Shown: piece by piece, positions 50,077-63,850 of the stretch
Position numbering within the stretch: position 1 is the first letter of the stretch
Layout of the letters: every line of letters begins with the position of its first letter
DNA from: Oculina patagonica
Lineage: Eukaryota
NCBI RefSeq assembly: GCF_052425735.1
Contig: NC_135762.1
Span: forward strand, 26,164,001 to 26,228,000
DNA: 64,000 nucleotides
Reading direction: 5' to 3'
The notes under the pieces: model-generated
What the model was told of the DNA's origin: nothing
Seen by the model: the letters and a program-made list of their open reading frames with translations, nothing else
The model's database searches: none
Position numbers and translations under genes: made by a program

Positions 50077-53000
50077 GCCGGTGTAGTTTTATTCAAAAGA
50101 CGACTTAAACAACATTTTTATTTTTCTTTAATCAGCACTGAATAGTTTTCGTGAATGCAGTTACCCAAACGAATTACATTACTTACCAAAAAATTTTGAT
50201 GTAAAAATTCCAGACGTTTTATTTTGGACGTTTAATTTTCCGACACTTTAATTTCTACCTAATTGCGGACAAGTTTAGGACAAAAATTTCGGTCACTGCT
50301 GAAACATAGTAAAAACCAATTTACGCCTACGAACACGAATTAGACTGAAACAACATCTGTGAAAATGATAGTTTTACTGTGCCCTCAAGGTTTTACAGAT
50401 ACACCGACGTGAAAATAATGCAAATTCTGTCTGAACCGTTACGTAACTGCATAATGTTTTCATAAAAATTTTTCTTTTCCGGTGATAAAAAAGAACAAGC
50501 ATATCCTAATCCGAGTTCTAGTTCTATCGAGTTCTATCGTGCATATCGTCCTTTAATACATGTGATAGCGTCACCCGAGATAGTACATACCTTAAAGTTT
50601 TATACAGTACTGTAAATATTTCGGGCGATTAAAATTTCGAACGCTTAAGAATTTCGAACGGTTTTAGTTTCGGACACTTTTTTGTCCGAAATCAAAATCG
50701 TCTATAACGTATACGTCAAAAATAGGGTATTGTTAAACAGCTGAGAAAATCCAGGAATCTTCCCTGCCTCTCTGAAATGTAAACATCTGAAAACCAGTGT
50801 CGATAACTACACTCTGTCTTCCATTTAGATCTTAGCATCCTTCAAATTTGATCAGTATATTTTGAGTCAAAAGATTTCCATATGCGACGACAAAATCTGC
50901 ATGTTAGTTGCATGCATGTTTGCACCTTGTAAGTTTTGCCATCCAACGTTAAAGAATTAGAAATCGAGAAGAGTAGCTTAACGAGAGTAATACTCACCGT
51001 AAATGCGAGTGTTTGTGACCGTTGATGGTTGACTACTAATATGATTATATGCTCTTAACTGTAACCCAGTTTTAGCAATACAGAACAAAAATATGTACAC
51101 CTTTTAAACTGCAGTGGTAATTTCACATCCCAAGACAAATTAACGAGGACTTAGCTTTCCCCAGATTGCTTTCTCTGTAATCGAAATCTTCACAGCAGAA
51201 ATGTTCCGTAAAATACACGTTGTGCAGTAATAGGCTCGGAAACGATTTTTATAATCCACCTGTCCCTTGGTAAAATAAAATTCCATATTTTATTAAAAAC
51301 TGATCTTTTTGAAAGCGAAAAATCATCAAAGCTATAATTAAACTGGCTTTTAATTAAAGGCGCAGCACGATCTCTTTCAGGGCTGAGAACGAAATTGTTT
51401 GGATTGAGAATTAAATGGTTACAAACCGTTCCATGAAAATCTAAAATTAGTATCCTTTTTTTCGACTTTTTTTGCTTGTTTACAAGCAAAAAGAAGAAGA
51501 ATAGCGTTTACCTGGGCTAAAATCTGAACCGGAAGGGATTGCATTCTTGTTAACTCTCAAGGGACTGTTTTAATTTCTCTAGGGAATACTTTCCGCTGTG
51601 GGTGATCAAAGCGCGTGACTTGTAAAGTGTCACTCTATAGTTGTGCTTCAGCACTTCCGTTCTTGTAGAAAAAACGTGACTTGTCAAATTTACAAACATT
51701 ATGTAAGAATCAAAAACGTGAGTAGCCCAATCTTACGTCAAATAACCAATTAAGGATGTAAGGGGTTCAGCGCTTGAAGGCAGCGAAGTTTAAAACGATT
51801 AAGAACGCAATTTTTACTAGTACAAGTCTTTAGGCGCTAATATTAATTTAACCTAAAATCACATAGCGAAAACAAAGACCGCTTGGACATGTCCAAGCTA
51901 TTTAAAACTACCACTACGTCAGACCCATGTCACGCGATCTCTCGCTTGTAGCTATAAATAATCATTCACCTATTTTCAGTTTGAATACTCTGCGCTCTGT
52001 TTGTGTGAAATATTTATTGTTGTGTTACTCAAGCGTTTGGCTCGGAGCGAGTACAAGTCGTACAATTTACCCGGAACGTGTTAAATATTGCAAAACAACG
52101 ACTTATTTTCTGGATATCCCAATTTTTGTTTTGAGTTTACGGTATTTTGAGAATCGAAACGTTATCGAAACGTAAGTTGCAAGCTCAGCAAGAATGTGTC
52201 AAAGCACGGGATACACGTCATCGCGCCAGGGGAATTACCAAAAGCTTGTCGGAAGACGCTAAACGGAGAAACACAATGGGATAGCCTTTATAGTCTACTC
52301 TTTATTTTGGCGTGATTTGGCTTTAGTTTAAATGAACTGGTTTGGGTTATTTTATTGAACATTCGGAACAAAATAAATATTTGCATGCGTAAGCAGGCAT
52401 TTTTCCGGCTAGGCATGTGGTTTTAAAAAGCAAAAGATGACGTGGTAAAGGAAATTCATGTCACGTTCACTCCGTGACTAACGCAAAAACGACTTGTGTG
52501 TTTCTCAAGTGACTGCTTTTCTAAAGATTTTACTGTGCGGCGCCGTGCCTTTAATTTAGCCAAAGCACTGAAAGAGGTCAGGAGGTCAAATATTACCCGC
52601 ACGAACACACTAAAACGTTGCTAATAGTTAACCAAAGGGAACTCATTTCGTGACAATTGATTATTTCTGCTGAGTTGCACAATTTAGAATTGCAACATCA
52701 TCTAGCAAAGCGCACTATTACTAAAAATAGATTTCGCCACATGATACCCCCCCCCCCCCCCTGCGTGAGTCGGACAACAATTTTAGTTTTGGCAAAGGCT
52801 TTGTATGGAGGGGACGCATTCTTGATAAGAAAAAAAAGGGCGAGAAAGGCACAATTTGAGGCCGAGATTCTCGAAAGGCTCGAAAAATGATAGATTTCAA
52901 ACATTTTTGCTTTAGTAAGTGAAAAACAGATTGAAGGTATCCAAAAAATGGCCCAAAATTGAATTTATTAGTCGAAGATCCGGTAATGACACCTTGATTT

Positions 53001-54591
53001 CCACTGCAAAATTATTCAGGCTGCCGAGAAATTTAAGCGGCGGATAGCGAATTACTATCGAATTATATAATTGCGAAGGATAGCACTTGTATGTTTGCTT
53101 CATTTAGGCACCGGAAAGATCGTCGGTTGCAAGAAGTTCAGAATTCTTCCCGAATTTGACGGCACTGATCGCCGGCCATCCGATCTGTTTCGACACATGA
53201 TAGATAGAGGGCGAAAATATTATGCTGTTTGACAAACCTTTTGTTTCAAACCACGGTTTAAGCTTTCTACGTTGCACAGGTAAGGCTTTCCGAAGTCCGA
53301 GCCAATCTGGCCATGGTTTTGTCAACAATCGCTAAATATGCCTCCAAAGTGCCCGCCAACCATACATTGCTCTTACAGAGCGGTTTGTTTGTCCGAATTT
53401 TGACTTACACCGGGGGTCAAATTCTGTGACGTCATTAGTGCGCTTCGCTAATTGCAACATCATTAAATGTGTTAAGTGATATTTATAAGTGTTTTTGTAG
53501 CCTGTTGTGAAATTACTTCCGGTGGAAGCAGTAAACGTTAAACATTTCTTCCGTTCAGAAGTTAATGCATCGCCATTAGAAAAATAAACAGCAACTGTTT
53601 TGCTGGAAATGTAGTCGTTAGAAATGGGATGTGTAGCCGTAAGGTAAAGAATAACGAGGAGAAGCGGCTTTTGGTAATATCCAAACGAAAATTTACTTCT
53701 CAATGTGGGGTTAAGATTGCGTGACGAGACAAAAGGTAACTCTGTCGTGCGTAACCTAACCTGCGATCAGGCGTTATTTTTCTGCATTAAGCCGAGTAGA
53801 AATCTTTCTAACTCGAAAGGAAACAACTATTTCGATTAAACATGTTAAAGGCAAACGTCAAAGTTTACCTTTTTTAACCAAGCCAAAGTATATGAGTCGC
53901 AAAGCACCCAGCCGTCGCGACTGACAAGTACAGCATTTACTCCGCGAAAATAAAAAAATGCTTGAACTGAAAGACGTTTGAATTCTTCCATGATATGTTC
54001 GAACAACAATGCCCAGGATAAACCTTCTACTCATACTAACTTCATGCAAAAAAAGTCGATATCTCGAAGAGATCTTTGATTTTGTTCGCCGCCTCCTTTG
54101 TCCACCCCTGGTCCACGTGATCCGAAATCAATATTTCCCAGTCTCCTTAGCCTGCAATGTAATCCATCCGTGCGGAAAAAAATGGGACCTGCTACATTTA
54201 CCCATAATTCTTAGCGCACGTAAACCCTGCGGAAACGAATCGAACATAAAAGTTTTAAAATTTTCAAATCTAGCATGCGCGATGTTGCTCAGAGACAAAG
54301 TTTTTTTAAAAAAACTATGGTTTTCTATTTGCCTGTTGGCGTTGTTAGGTTTGCAAGGTTTTTGAGGCAAACAAGTCGAAGAAACAAGCGCCATCTTTTC
54401 TTGATTTTCAGAAAACAAGGGAGGCTTGGGTGAAAGTCCAAGATGGCGGCCAGTGACGAAAACGAAATCATCCAGCGGACGCCTCCACTGTACTTGCTAT
54501 AGGCTACCATCTGCTTCCAAATTTATCGTCACGGGCACTGTCTTTTTCGTTTAAGATTATTTGTTTTGTTTTAGGGCTTTCCACAAGTTGC

Positions 54592-55100
54592 TCAAGTTTC
54601 CCATAATTTTCTATAATTTCTCAAAAAGTTGCTCGGAAGTTGCTGCAAAAAAAACAAAAAAGTTGCTTCTGATAATAAAAGTTGCTCGAACGTTGCTCCA
54701 AAAAATCCAAAACGCTGCTTCTAATCAAGAGAATTTCTCTAAATATATACTAATTTCCCTTTGAGGGTAAGATTTCTAAGCAATTTTCTGCAATTTTACA
54801 GCAAAAGAAGTATCTAATCGTGAAGATATCGATGGCGTCATGTTTCCTGACGAGTTTTGTAATGTTTTAATGCAGAATGAGCCGAAAGTTAAAACGATCT
54901 TCAGATGTTCCTCGAAAATCTCAAACTTCGCAAATCTTCGGAAACGTTCGTATGGCCTTTGAACAACACTCAAATAATCTTCGGAGATCTTTGGTCTGGA
55001 AATTGCTCAAAATGCAACAAGTTGCTCGAGAGGAAGAAGGTTGCTCGAAGGGGAAAAAGTTGCTTGAAATATGAAAAGTTGCCAAAAAGTTGCCGAGCCT
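54592..55100. mobile_element. AAAAGTTGCTC-repeat non-autonomous element about 120 bp upstream of the DNAJA3 ATG
   Basis: Second copy of the 32838-34227 family. Confidence 0.7.
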
Positions 55101-55220
55101 TCTGGTTTTCCATCATTTTCCCATTCACTTTTCATTTCATCGTCTTTCATCCAAATATGGTATATCCACATTGCGTCATACTGCTGTTGTACGCATGTAC
55201 TTTTCCAGTCGGTTGCCAAT

Positions 55221-56427
55221 ATGGCGGCTCGGCGGAGTGGAAGTTTGTTACTTCAGAGATGTATTTTCTGTTCAAGAGAAACCCTAAAACGGAATCGTAA
55301 CTTCAGTGTGCATAGCTTTTCAAGGATAGGGAATAATTTGCTTGTTGCGTCAAGTAGAGGTGGAATATTCTTTGCTTCGGGTAAGAATCAGCTGACAAGT
55401 TTGTGTTGAGTATTTTTATAGCGATCTCGCTTACTAATTTTTTTTGTCCTTTTCAACTTTTGTGTATTTCCAGCGCCAGCACGGAAGATTAACCCTTCGT
55501 TTATTGGAGCTATCTCTTGCCATGGTCGGGAATTTCACACATCAGGTTAGTAAATAAATGTAATCTTCGGAAATTCTCTCCACGAACGATCGGTATGTGA
55601 GTTCCACGTGTTGTCGATGGACCACTTAAAATTACGCAAGTTAAAAATATAAATTATCTTTTGTACATAGGCTGCATGCATCTTCGTTAGTTGTTCTTTA
55701 GATCTACATATAAATTTACAATCCAGCCTAATTTGTGATCATTTAGTAGAAAAGGCTCCCGAAAACTGCCTACCTAAAGTTTTATACTTGCATTTCTTAT
55801 GTAAGCTTCATGTAAAAATATGTTAGGATAAAGTTATCAAATTTTTATGTTGTTGAATTTTTTATCTACAGATCCAACCCACAGAAAAGATTTCTACAAA
55901 ATTCTCGGAGTATCACCCAGTGCTGACCAAAAAGAAATTAAAAAAGCGTATTTTGATGTGAGTTCAGTATTTTCTTACAGGTGGCATCCTTAGTGGGACA
56001 TTCCTTTCTTTTTCTTCACCCTCTCCCCTTCCCCCTAAGGCGTGGTTCCGAAACCCTGTTGTTGTTTTTCTTGTTGCTGTTGTTTTTCCAGCAAGCTTCT
56101 GACAGCCCAAATTTTTTGTTGGCATCCTTTGAAAATATTTTTCCAACAATCCTTTGCTGTCATCTTAATTTGGAAAAAGTCCTACACCCCTCGTATTCCC
56201 TCTAGAAAGGGGGTTCAGAAAAAAATTTAATGCCCCCCATTTTTAGCTGTTCCATTTTACACAGTCAGATCTTATTACAAATTAATAGGCCATTTCCGAG
56301 TTACCCTTTGCCTCTGTAGTTAAGTATAATATTTGTAGTAAGTATGTAATATGTAATTAATTAGGGAGGGCCACATTGTAAACTACTGGGCCACCAGTAA
56401 ACTATGTTACCCTCATTAAATAAAGTC

Positions 56428-56483
<56 letters not shown>

Positions 56484-57769
56484 GTTGTTTCAAAACGAGT
56501 CTACGTGCGAAACCATTCGTATGAAAATGAGTTTCATCTACAGGTCCATTTTCATGCAAATCAATTTCATTTTCATTTGAATAGTTTCGCACATAGACCC
56601 GTTTTGAAACAGAGGCAAAGGGTAACTCGGAAATGGCCTATTCAGACATATCAATGATCTATTTCCATATTAAAGTGGTTGCTTCCTTGCTTCTTTAAAT
56701 AATTAGCCATGTTGTTCATTAAAAATTCTTGTTCCTCATTTCAGTTAGCTAAAAAATACCACCCCGACACAAACAAAAGTGCTGGTGCTGCGGAAAAGTT
56801 CCAAGAAATAAGTGAAGCATATGAGGTACATTATTAAATTTGTTCTCTTTGATGCTGAACAGACAGCAGGGCGCAATTGTTTCAAATAGGGGAGGTTCCT
56901 CAATACAAGTAGTTGCAAGCAACTTGGCAATTTCTGCTCATTGGTGATCAGGGATGTAGCTAAGAAAACACTAAGCCAGTTCATCAACAAGCCCAGCTAG
57001 CGTTTCTGCCTTGGCAGCTCTAAAAATTTAATGTTTACCTAAGTCTTTGGTTTCATGTGAAATTTTGGTTGGATTTCAGTTCTTTTTCAGCCGGTGAAAT
57101 TAACCGGCAACCGGCCCTTAGCGACTACCCTGGGTGATTTGTGTGACCAGTCTGTTTGAATATTTTGGTATTGTGGGTTGAAATTACAAGAGATGACATT
57201 TGCATATTTAACCCAGTTTGCAGGGGGTTTGAAACCCAGTTTGGACCAAATTGGAACACTCGATAAGGCATTTTTTCCTATCATGGAAGGCTTCATTTTT
57301 CAATTTTCCCTGAACATGTATTGTAAGTAGTTTGAGTCATAACCCTTGTTAATTCACCTTGATGGAACTTAGCCAATTTTGTGCAAATTGTCTGCCTTAA
57401 CAATTGTACTTTACAGTGGGATACTTTTTTTCTTGAAACCTCAATTCTTTGACCCTCCTGATAACTCAAATTGAAAGGCATTTTGCTTGACTTTGTTTCT
57501 CTCAGTGGAACACTACAACTGTCAGTGCCCCCAATTTCCTGAGACAAAAATTTTTCGTTTCCCTTGAAGCTAAAAAAATCAGGATTCTGTGGTATTTTAG
57601 GCATTAGCTGATTTTATGTTTTTAGTAACATATTTCAATCATATTTTAAAGTGTCTTAGTGATGACAACAAAAGAAGATCATATGATAATTTTGGAACAG
57701 CAGATTTTGGAGGAGCTGCAGGTACAGTTTCTTACTGGGCTAACTGAAGCTTGGTCATTTTTATATAAC

Positions 57770-57820
<51 letters not shown>

Positions 57821-60800
57821 GCTTTTATTTATACACGATAAATATTGCAGCATAATAGCTGATGTGGTCGTGTCTTATGAAAATAATAATAAATTAAGAA
57901 ATCAATAAACTACGCTAAATCATTAAAGTCCCTAGTATCCAACAGATTTAAAAATAGGGCCCCAATGGGTCCATGTGTTTTGCTGCTAGAGCAAAGTCTT
58001 AGGGAACATGTTGATGAAAGACAAGTGAGTCGAGATTGAAATCCAACGTCTTTTATTGTCTGTCACTTGTGTGCAGGTTAATAATTGCACTATATTGTAG
58101 TCACTTTGTGTTAATTCAATCCTGATAATTTTACTGATCAAAATTCAGAAATTATAAATAATCGCACGCGCACCGGCGTACAACAACAGAAAGACGGCGT
58201 TGAACGTAACGCAAAGTTCATTTTGAAAGCGAAAGTTTACAAATAATTATTATCATTCGTCAGTCATCCCTTCACGCATGAACACTCGTCGAATTTCAGT
58301 GTCTTCACAACAAGATCGGAAGATCGATAAGGACCAATTTTTGATTCTGCGAAAGTTCGTTTTCTTAAAGTTTTAGAAATTTGTGAAGTTGGAGGATTCA
58401 CTGAGGACTGCGTAGCCGAAGATGCAGTGGCTCGCTGGACATCAAATTCTATTTTTCACGGCGTTTAATTAATCTTCACAAAATAAACATGTGGCGCCAG
58501 CGCGTCTGGCAGTCAAAAATTCATTTTTCAAAAAACTTTCCCTTTCCAGCTATTTTAGCGGGGCTTATACTATAGTACCTACCTGTCAGTCGTAGAAAAG
58601 CTGAAATTTAAGGATGAACTGTTTATTAAATGAAGACCGTATTATTTTTTAATAACTAGTAAACAAACTGGTCGCCACGCATTTAAACACGAACTGACGA
58701 ATGTTGCATCTGATGCAGTGAATCTGGTGAATGAGAACTTCCTTTAATATTTCTTTGTTTTCGACGGTGTGAACCACTGAATAAGTTTCTTTCCCATTGT
58801 GATGTTACTAGTATTAATTCGTTTCTAGCTGTCTTTTATATAGCTCGAATACAGCTACAATTAGCGGTGCAGCCTACCAGCATGGTATATTCCTTTCCAG
58901 CTGTCTTTGCGTGACAAGTTACACGTTCATACATTTTATTTTAAAATATGAAGTTCAGAGTTAATACAGTACTAGTATGCTGTAGACAGTGTAGACAAGG
59001 TGAGGGTAAGTTTATTTTCAAAGCGAAAGTTTACAAACTGTGCACTAACCGGTCCTTTGGAGAAAATATTTATGACCTTCGGCGAGGTTCCAAGTCTTCG
59101 CTCTTTTCGTAAATGATGAAAACTGCAGAATAATTTTCTCATAAAACTGGAGTGGTCGCGCCACAGTTTGTTTTCTTTCCCAATGCGATATACTTTTAAA
59201 TCGGTTTTCTGTTTTCCAACGTGTCCAACGTGGTTTGCGTTCGAATACTTTGGCCCATAACTTCGAATGCGATCAGCGCTACGGTTCATTGGTTTCGATT
59301 TTGTTTGTTCATGGATTTGATTGACATCGGTAGTTCAGATTTCTCCTCTGTTACGGCACTTACACCTTACGGCACTTACACCTTACACCTTACGGCACAA
59401 ACTTCAGCTCTCAATGTGTTTTGCTTGCAGCCATTGCGGCTGCAGCAAAACACAAAAACCATGTTCTATTAATGAACTTTTGAAACCCGCCAAAATAACA
59501 TAGACGTAGACAGACATAGGTCTACATAGTCTATTTGACCACAGAGAACTAAGGAGCCATAGCTTGGTCTTGTGAAATAAAAGGGTTTAATGATTTACAT
59601 GATTTTCTTTGACTGCTTAATGTAATACATTCAAAAGCTTGGTTCAAAATGTTTGCTAATTAACAATTACTATCAGCTGGTAGAAACCTCGAGCTTGCCG
59701 TCTAATTATTAAATAGAAGGCACCTGTGTAGGCAATCAGATCGCGTGTTTTGCCAATAGACGGCCACTGGATTATGCTAATAAATGTTAGAAACACCAGA
59801 TGTTTTGAGGGTTCTCCCTCTTCTTTAGTGGATACATGCCTTGATAAACATTTACTAGGGCACATTTAAACCATTTTTTTTTTCAACTATGATGCTACAC
59901 AGTTTTATCTAGATTTCCATCTGCTTAATGTACTGCAACTGGATACTAAAGTTTTTTGGGTACATTTAAAAAGTCCACTGCAGAACGCAAAGCTCTCTAG
60001 AGATTTTATGAAGAGTGCAAACAGTATATCAGCGAAGACGTGTACTTGCTTCCTGGATTGAGGGATGGCTAATAATGGATTTGTGCTTCTTAGGTGGTAA
60101 CCCATTTGGTGGTGGCAGTCCATTTGGACAAAATGTTAATGCAGAAGAAATCTTCAGAAGTTTCTTTGGTGGGCGAGACAGTCCCTTTGGCTTTCAGTCA
60201 GCAGCGGGAGGGTTTGGAGAATATGAACAAGTTCAACAGGTATTATAAAAACATGTAGCTATTGAAAAGTTCATTTAAAAAATATTGTGAATCAATGTTG
60301 ATCTGCTGTTCAGATGTACCTTAACAATATTATTCAGTTTTCGAGGGTTCGAGTCAGGGTTCGAGTCCCGGCAAGCCTGATTTTTTCAGGCTTATTTTCA
60401 CAACTGCTTAAGTTGTGTTCATAACTGCGAGGATCTTCTCTTCATTTATTCTTCATCCGCAGTTCAAATATATGATTTCATATATTCATTATTTCATCTT
60501 TCCCGGGTATATTACGAACCAATTTAATGACCAGCTCCCAGTTGGCTTGTTAGCTCAATTGGTTAGAGCGCTACACCGGTATCGCACAGGTCAGGGTTAA
60601 GTCCCGGCAAGCCTGATTTTTTCAGGCTTGTTAACTGCTTAAGTCGTGTTCATAACTGCAAGGATCTTCTCTTCATTTATTCTTCATCCGCAGTTCAAAT
60701 ATATGATTTCATATATTCATTATTTCATCTTCATCTTTCCCGGGTATATTACGAACCAATTTAATGACCAGCTCCCAGTTGGCTTGTTAGCTCAATTGGT

Positions 60801-63016
60801 TAGAGCGCTGCACCGGTATCGCACAGGTCAGGGTTAAGTCCCGGCAAGCCTGATTTTTTCAGGCTTGTTAACTGCTTAAGTCGTGTTCATAACTGCAAGG
60901 ATCTTCTCTTCATTTATTCTTCATCCGCAGTTCAAATATATGATTTCATATATTCATTATTTCATCTTCATCTTTCCCGGGTATATTACGAACCAATTTA
61001 ATGACCAGCTCCCAGTTGGCTTGTTAGCTCAATTGGTTAGAGCGCTGCACCGGTATCGCAGAGGTCAGGGTTTGAGTCCCGACAATCCTGATTTTTTCAG
61101 GCTTGTTAACTGCTTAAGTCGTGTTCATAACTGCAAGGATCTTCTCTTTATTTATTACTCAAACTGTTAGTGACAACTTACGGTAATTTTATGATTATTG
61201 AAGAGTATCATTTTGTGATACTTGGAGAATTTGTTCAACTTTTCTTTTTCTTTGTCATAAACAACAGTTCTTTTCAGAACTGCATGCTCTCACCAAGATG
61301 ATCACACAATACAAACAACATTTCTTTTATTACATAAACTGCTTTCTTTTTTTCACCACCTTTAAAATTATTTTTTCGTGACGTAATGTTTAATAAAATA
61401 ATGAGCAGCAGTGTTTTATCAAGTTTAAAACACGAGGCGCAGCCGAGTGTTTTAGACTTGAAAAAACACAAACTGCGAATTTATTGAACGGCTAGAAAAT
61501 CTTCTGATGTAGATCAACTCATTCTTGCACTAATATTTCGATTTGGGGCGTTTTTGGCCTAGAAAAAAGGAGGTAAAGTTTAGCCGTGTCTTTATCAGAT
61601 ATAAAGACACTCATTAAACATTATTTTCTTTTGTATTTTCTTTATGAATTATTAATGAGTTTTTTAATTATGTAATAAAGTAGTTCTACCTTCTCTTGCA
61701 TCAAGTGATCAAGCTTTCCCTAATGAAACTTACATGTATGATTATTTTAAATTACAAGGAATCTCATGTCATGCCTAAGTGAAAGTTTTTCTGCTTTTTT
61801 TTCCAGCATGTTTTAAACCTGTCTTTCATGGACGCTGCTAAGGGTTGTAACAAAGACATTACAACAAGAACACGAGTGATATGTAATCGATGTAATGGCA
61901 AGCGAGCAGAGCCTGGCACAACTTATTCTCAATGTTCTACTTGTAAAGGAACTGGAGAGGTAGGTTGTGGTGCGACAATTCTTTCTTTTGTACAGGGTTT
62001 GTACGCGCCTTGAAAACCCTTGAATTTCAGGAGTTCGATTTCAAGGCCTTGAAAGTACCGGTACTTAAAATTGGTTTTCGGTCCTTGAAAGTCCTTGATT
62101 TTTTTTATTGAACATCAAAACAGAAGGTTTCAAGGTTAGGAGAAGACTGCCAAAATAAGCGATTTTTTTAGTTCTTCAGCAAGCACATCAACATCACAAC
62201 AGACTGGAAATCGTTGATTTGGGATAAATTTCATGAAAAAAAGTCCTTGAAATTTCCAAGAAGGGTCCTGAAAGTCATTGAAAAGTCCTTGAATTTTTGG
62301 CCTGAAAAAGTGTATAAACCCTGTTTGTAGCATTTTTATTAGTAAATAAAATCTTGGTTGCACTATTGGTGTCTTAGGACTGCGTTGTTGAGATGATAAC
62401 GATGATTATGATGATGATGATGATGGGTGAAGGTTTATTTTTATGTATAGCTTAAGAAGTCTCTTTGCTAGCCTAACTAATACAGTATTTCACCCTTTTA
62501 AACCACTTGAAGTGAATCTGCTTCTTGTATTGTTCAATTGAGTGTTGACAAGCCAAAGTTTTTTTGGTACCACAAAAGTGTCCGTAATTCTGTAATACCG
62601 AGACTCCATAATAGTAGGAGTCATTTGCAGTCAAACCTTTCTAACTTTAGCCAGTGATCTGGATTTTGTCCGTAATAACGAGTGTCCATAATAGGGGGGT
62701 GTCCGCAAGGCGAGAGTTGATTGTACTGCGCATTGTACGCACCTCAGAAGTTAGAAACTTTGATAATAACCTGAGAACTATTTTGTGATATAAGACCTTC
62801 TGGTTAGATAACTTATGAGCTATAATTATGCAGTAATGAATCGATCAAACTTGTTCAAACTCTTGTAGGAAACAGTGAACACTGGCTTCTTCCACATGCG
62901 ATCAACATGTCGGCGTTGTGGTGGACAAGGTGTCATCATAAGCACGCCGTGTAAGAAGTGTCGGGGAAAAGGAAGTGTACATGAGACCAAAACAATAACC
63001 ATCCCAATTCCAGCAG
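55221..63016 (+). CDS. DNAJA3: Mitochondrial DnaJ homolog subfamily A member 3 (Tid1), exons 1-8; continues past the right edge
   Basis: Exons 55221-55380, 55474-55545, 55872-55957, 56745-56825, 57652-57721, 60094-60239, 61807-61959, 62869-63016; phases agree. Arg/Ser-rich presequence ending REFHTS, J domain ([16 protein letters not shown]), G/F region, four CxxCxG repeats. Confidence 0.93.
56284..56642. mobile_element. MITE with a nested LINE-like 3' end and (ATT)n tail (about 56318-56483)
   Basis: Perfect TIR AATAGGCCATTTCCGAGTTACCCTTTGCCTCTGT; the insert ends AATAAAGTCTT(ATT)n. Confidence 0.8.
57771..57950 (-). repeat. (AAT)n microsatellite (57771-57820), probably the tail of a LINE 3' fragment
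   Basis: Minus strand has AATAAA followed by (TAT)n. Confidence 0.65.
60340..61157 (+). repeat. Tandem array of about 3.4 units of 237 bp, each with a tRNA-like cloverleaf (pseudo-tRNA-Thr, GGT)
   Basis: Period 237 (60355, 60592, 60829, 61066); cloverleaves start at 60544, 60781, 61018; A box TAGCTCAATTGG; T-run after each. Confidence 0.9.
61993..62323. mobile_element. MITE with AAAGTCCTTGAA repeats
   Basis: CAGGGTTT..AAACCCTG flanked by TTTGTA on both sides; 33 bp downstream of the DNAJA3 exon 7 donor. Confidence 0.8.
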
Positions 63017-63850
63017 GTATCACTACAGTAAATCAATTTTGTCGGCTACTCTGTTAATATTAATGTAAATTAATTTATTTTTATATGTTTTTAATTATTA
63101 AGCATTACCTTTACCAGTAGTTATTTATTTTATCCATTTAATTTATAAATTGTTAGTGCCCCAATTAGCGCCATAGCGCTAGAACGCATTTGGCACTCTA
63201 AAGGGACACTGTACAAGCTTACTTCAAAAATTCAAGAGCCTAAACACGTTGGAAACTCTCAAAAAGTGATCCAGTGTTGTTAAAAATTTCCATGCTAGTG
63301 TACTGAATCTTTAATTTATGTGATGCCATCAAAAATTTAAGATCTCAACTTGAAAAAGTCAGGCTGATTTTTTCAAGTTTTGCCCTTGTGGTCTGGAAAA
63401 ACAGCCAAAACTTACAACTTCTTCCTTCTTCCTTCAATAACAATAGTATTTACTGTAGTCGCCGTTTTTTTTCTTACTTTATATCTTTAGCTCGATGTTC
63501 TTGGCATATTTTATGTACCAGCTACATGTATATTGTCTTGCCAATTTTAGTATTTTTTTCGTGCAAAGCAGAAAAATTCTTATGACAGTGTTGCTTTAAT
63601 AAAGTTACTTACTTACACCATAGACGTACATCTATATGCCCTGTGCTCCATGGAGAGGCCATGCATTAAGAGAGACACTTGTCGTGTAATCATTATACAA
63701 AATGGTCATGAGAATTCAGGAAATAATTAGTCACAAAAAAGAAGTTGTTAGCCTCAAAAAGTCAGAAATAGGGTATTTTTGACATCTTTTGACATTGCTG
63801 TGGCAACAAAATTAATGTTGACATCACAGCAACATAAATTAGTTCATTCA

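Noticed and set aside
54443-54500. Alternative DNAJA3 start at AAGATGGCGGCC
   Set aside because: Does not join the downstream exons and is acidic; the ATG at 55221 gives a proper mitochondrial presequence.
50100-54590. Hidden gene between GPCR C and DNAJA3
   Set aside because: Only short ORFs without recognisable domains or a consistent exon chain; a lncRNA or old TE cannot be excluded.
57955-59570. Possible 1.6-kb transposon in DNAJA3 intron 5
   Set aside because: Terminal repeats are too weak and no TSD or coding remnant could be supported.
60415-61170. Three repeated 61-95 aa ORFs, or functional tRNA-Thr genes
   Set aside because: The ORFs start at GTG and are by-products of the repeat. 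The cloverleaves have damaged T arms, C33 and a GGT anticodon.
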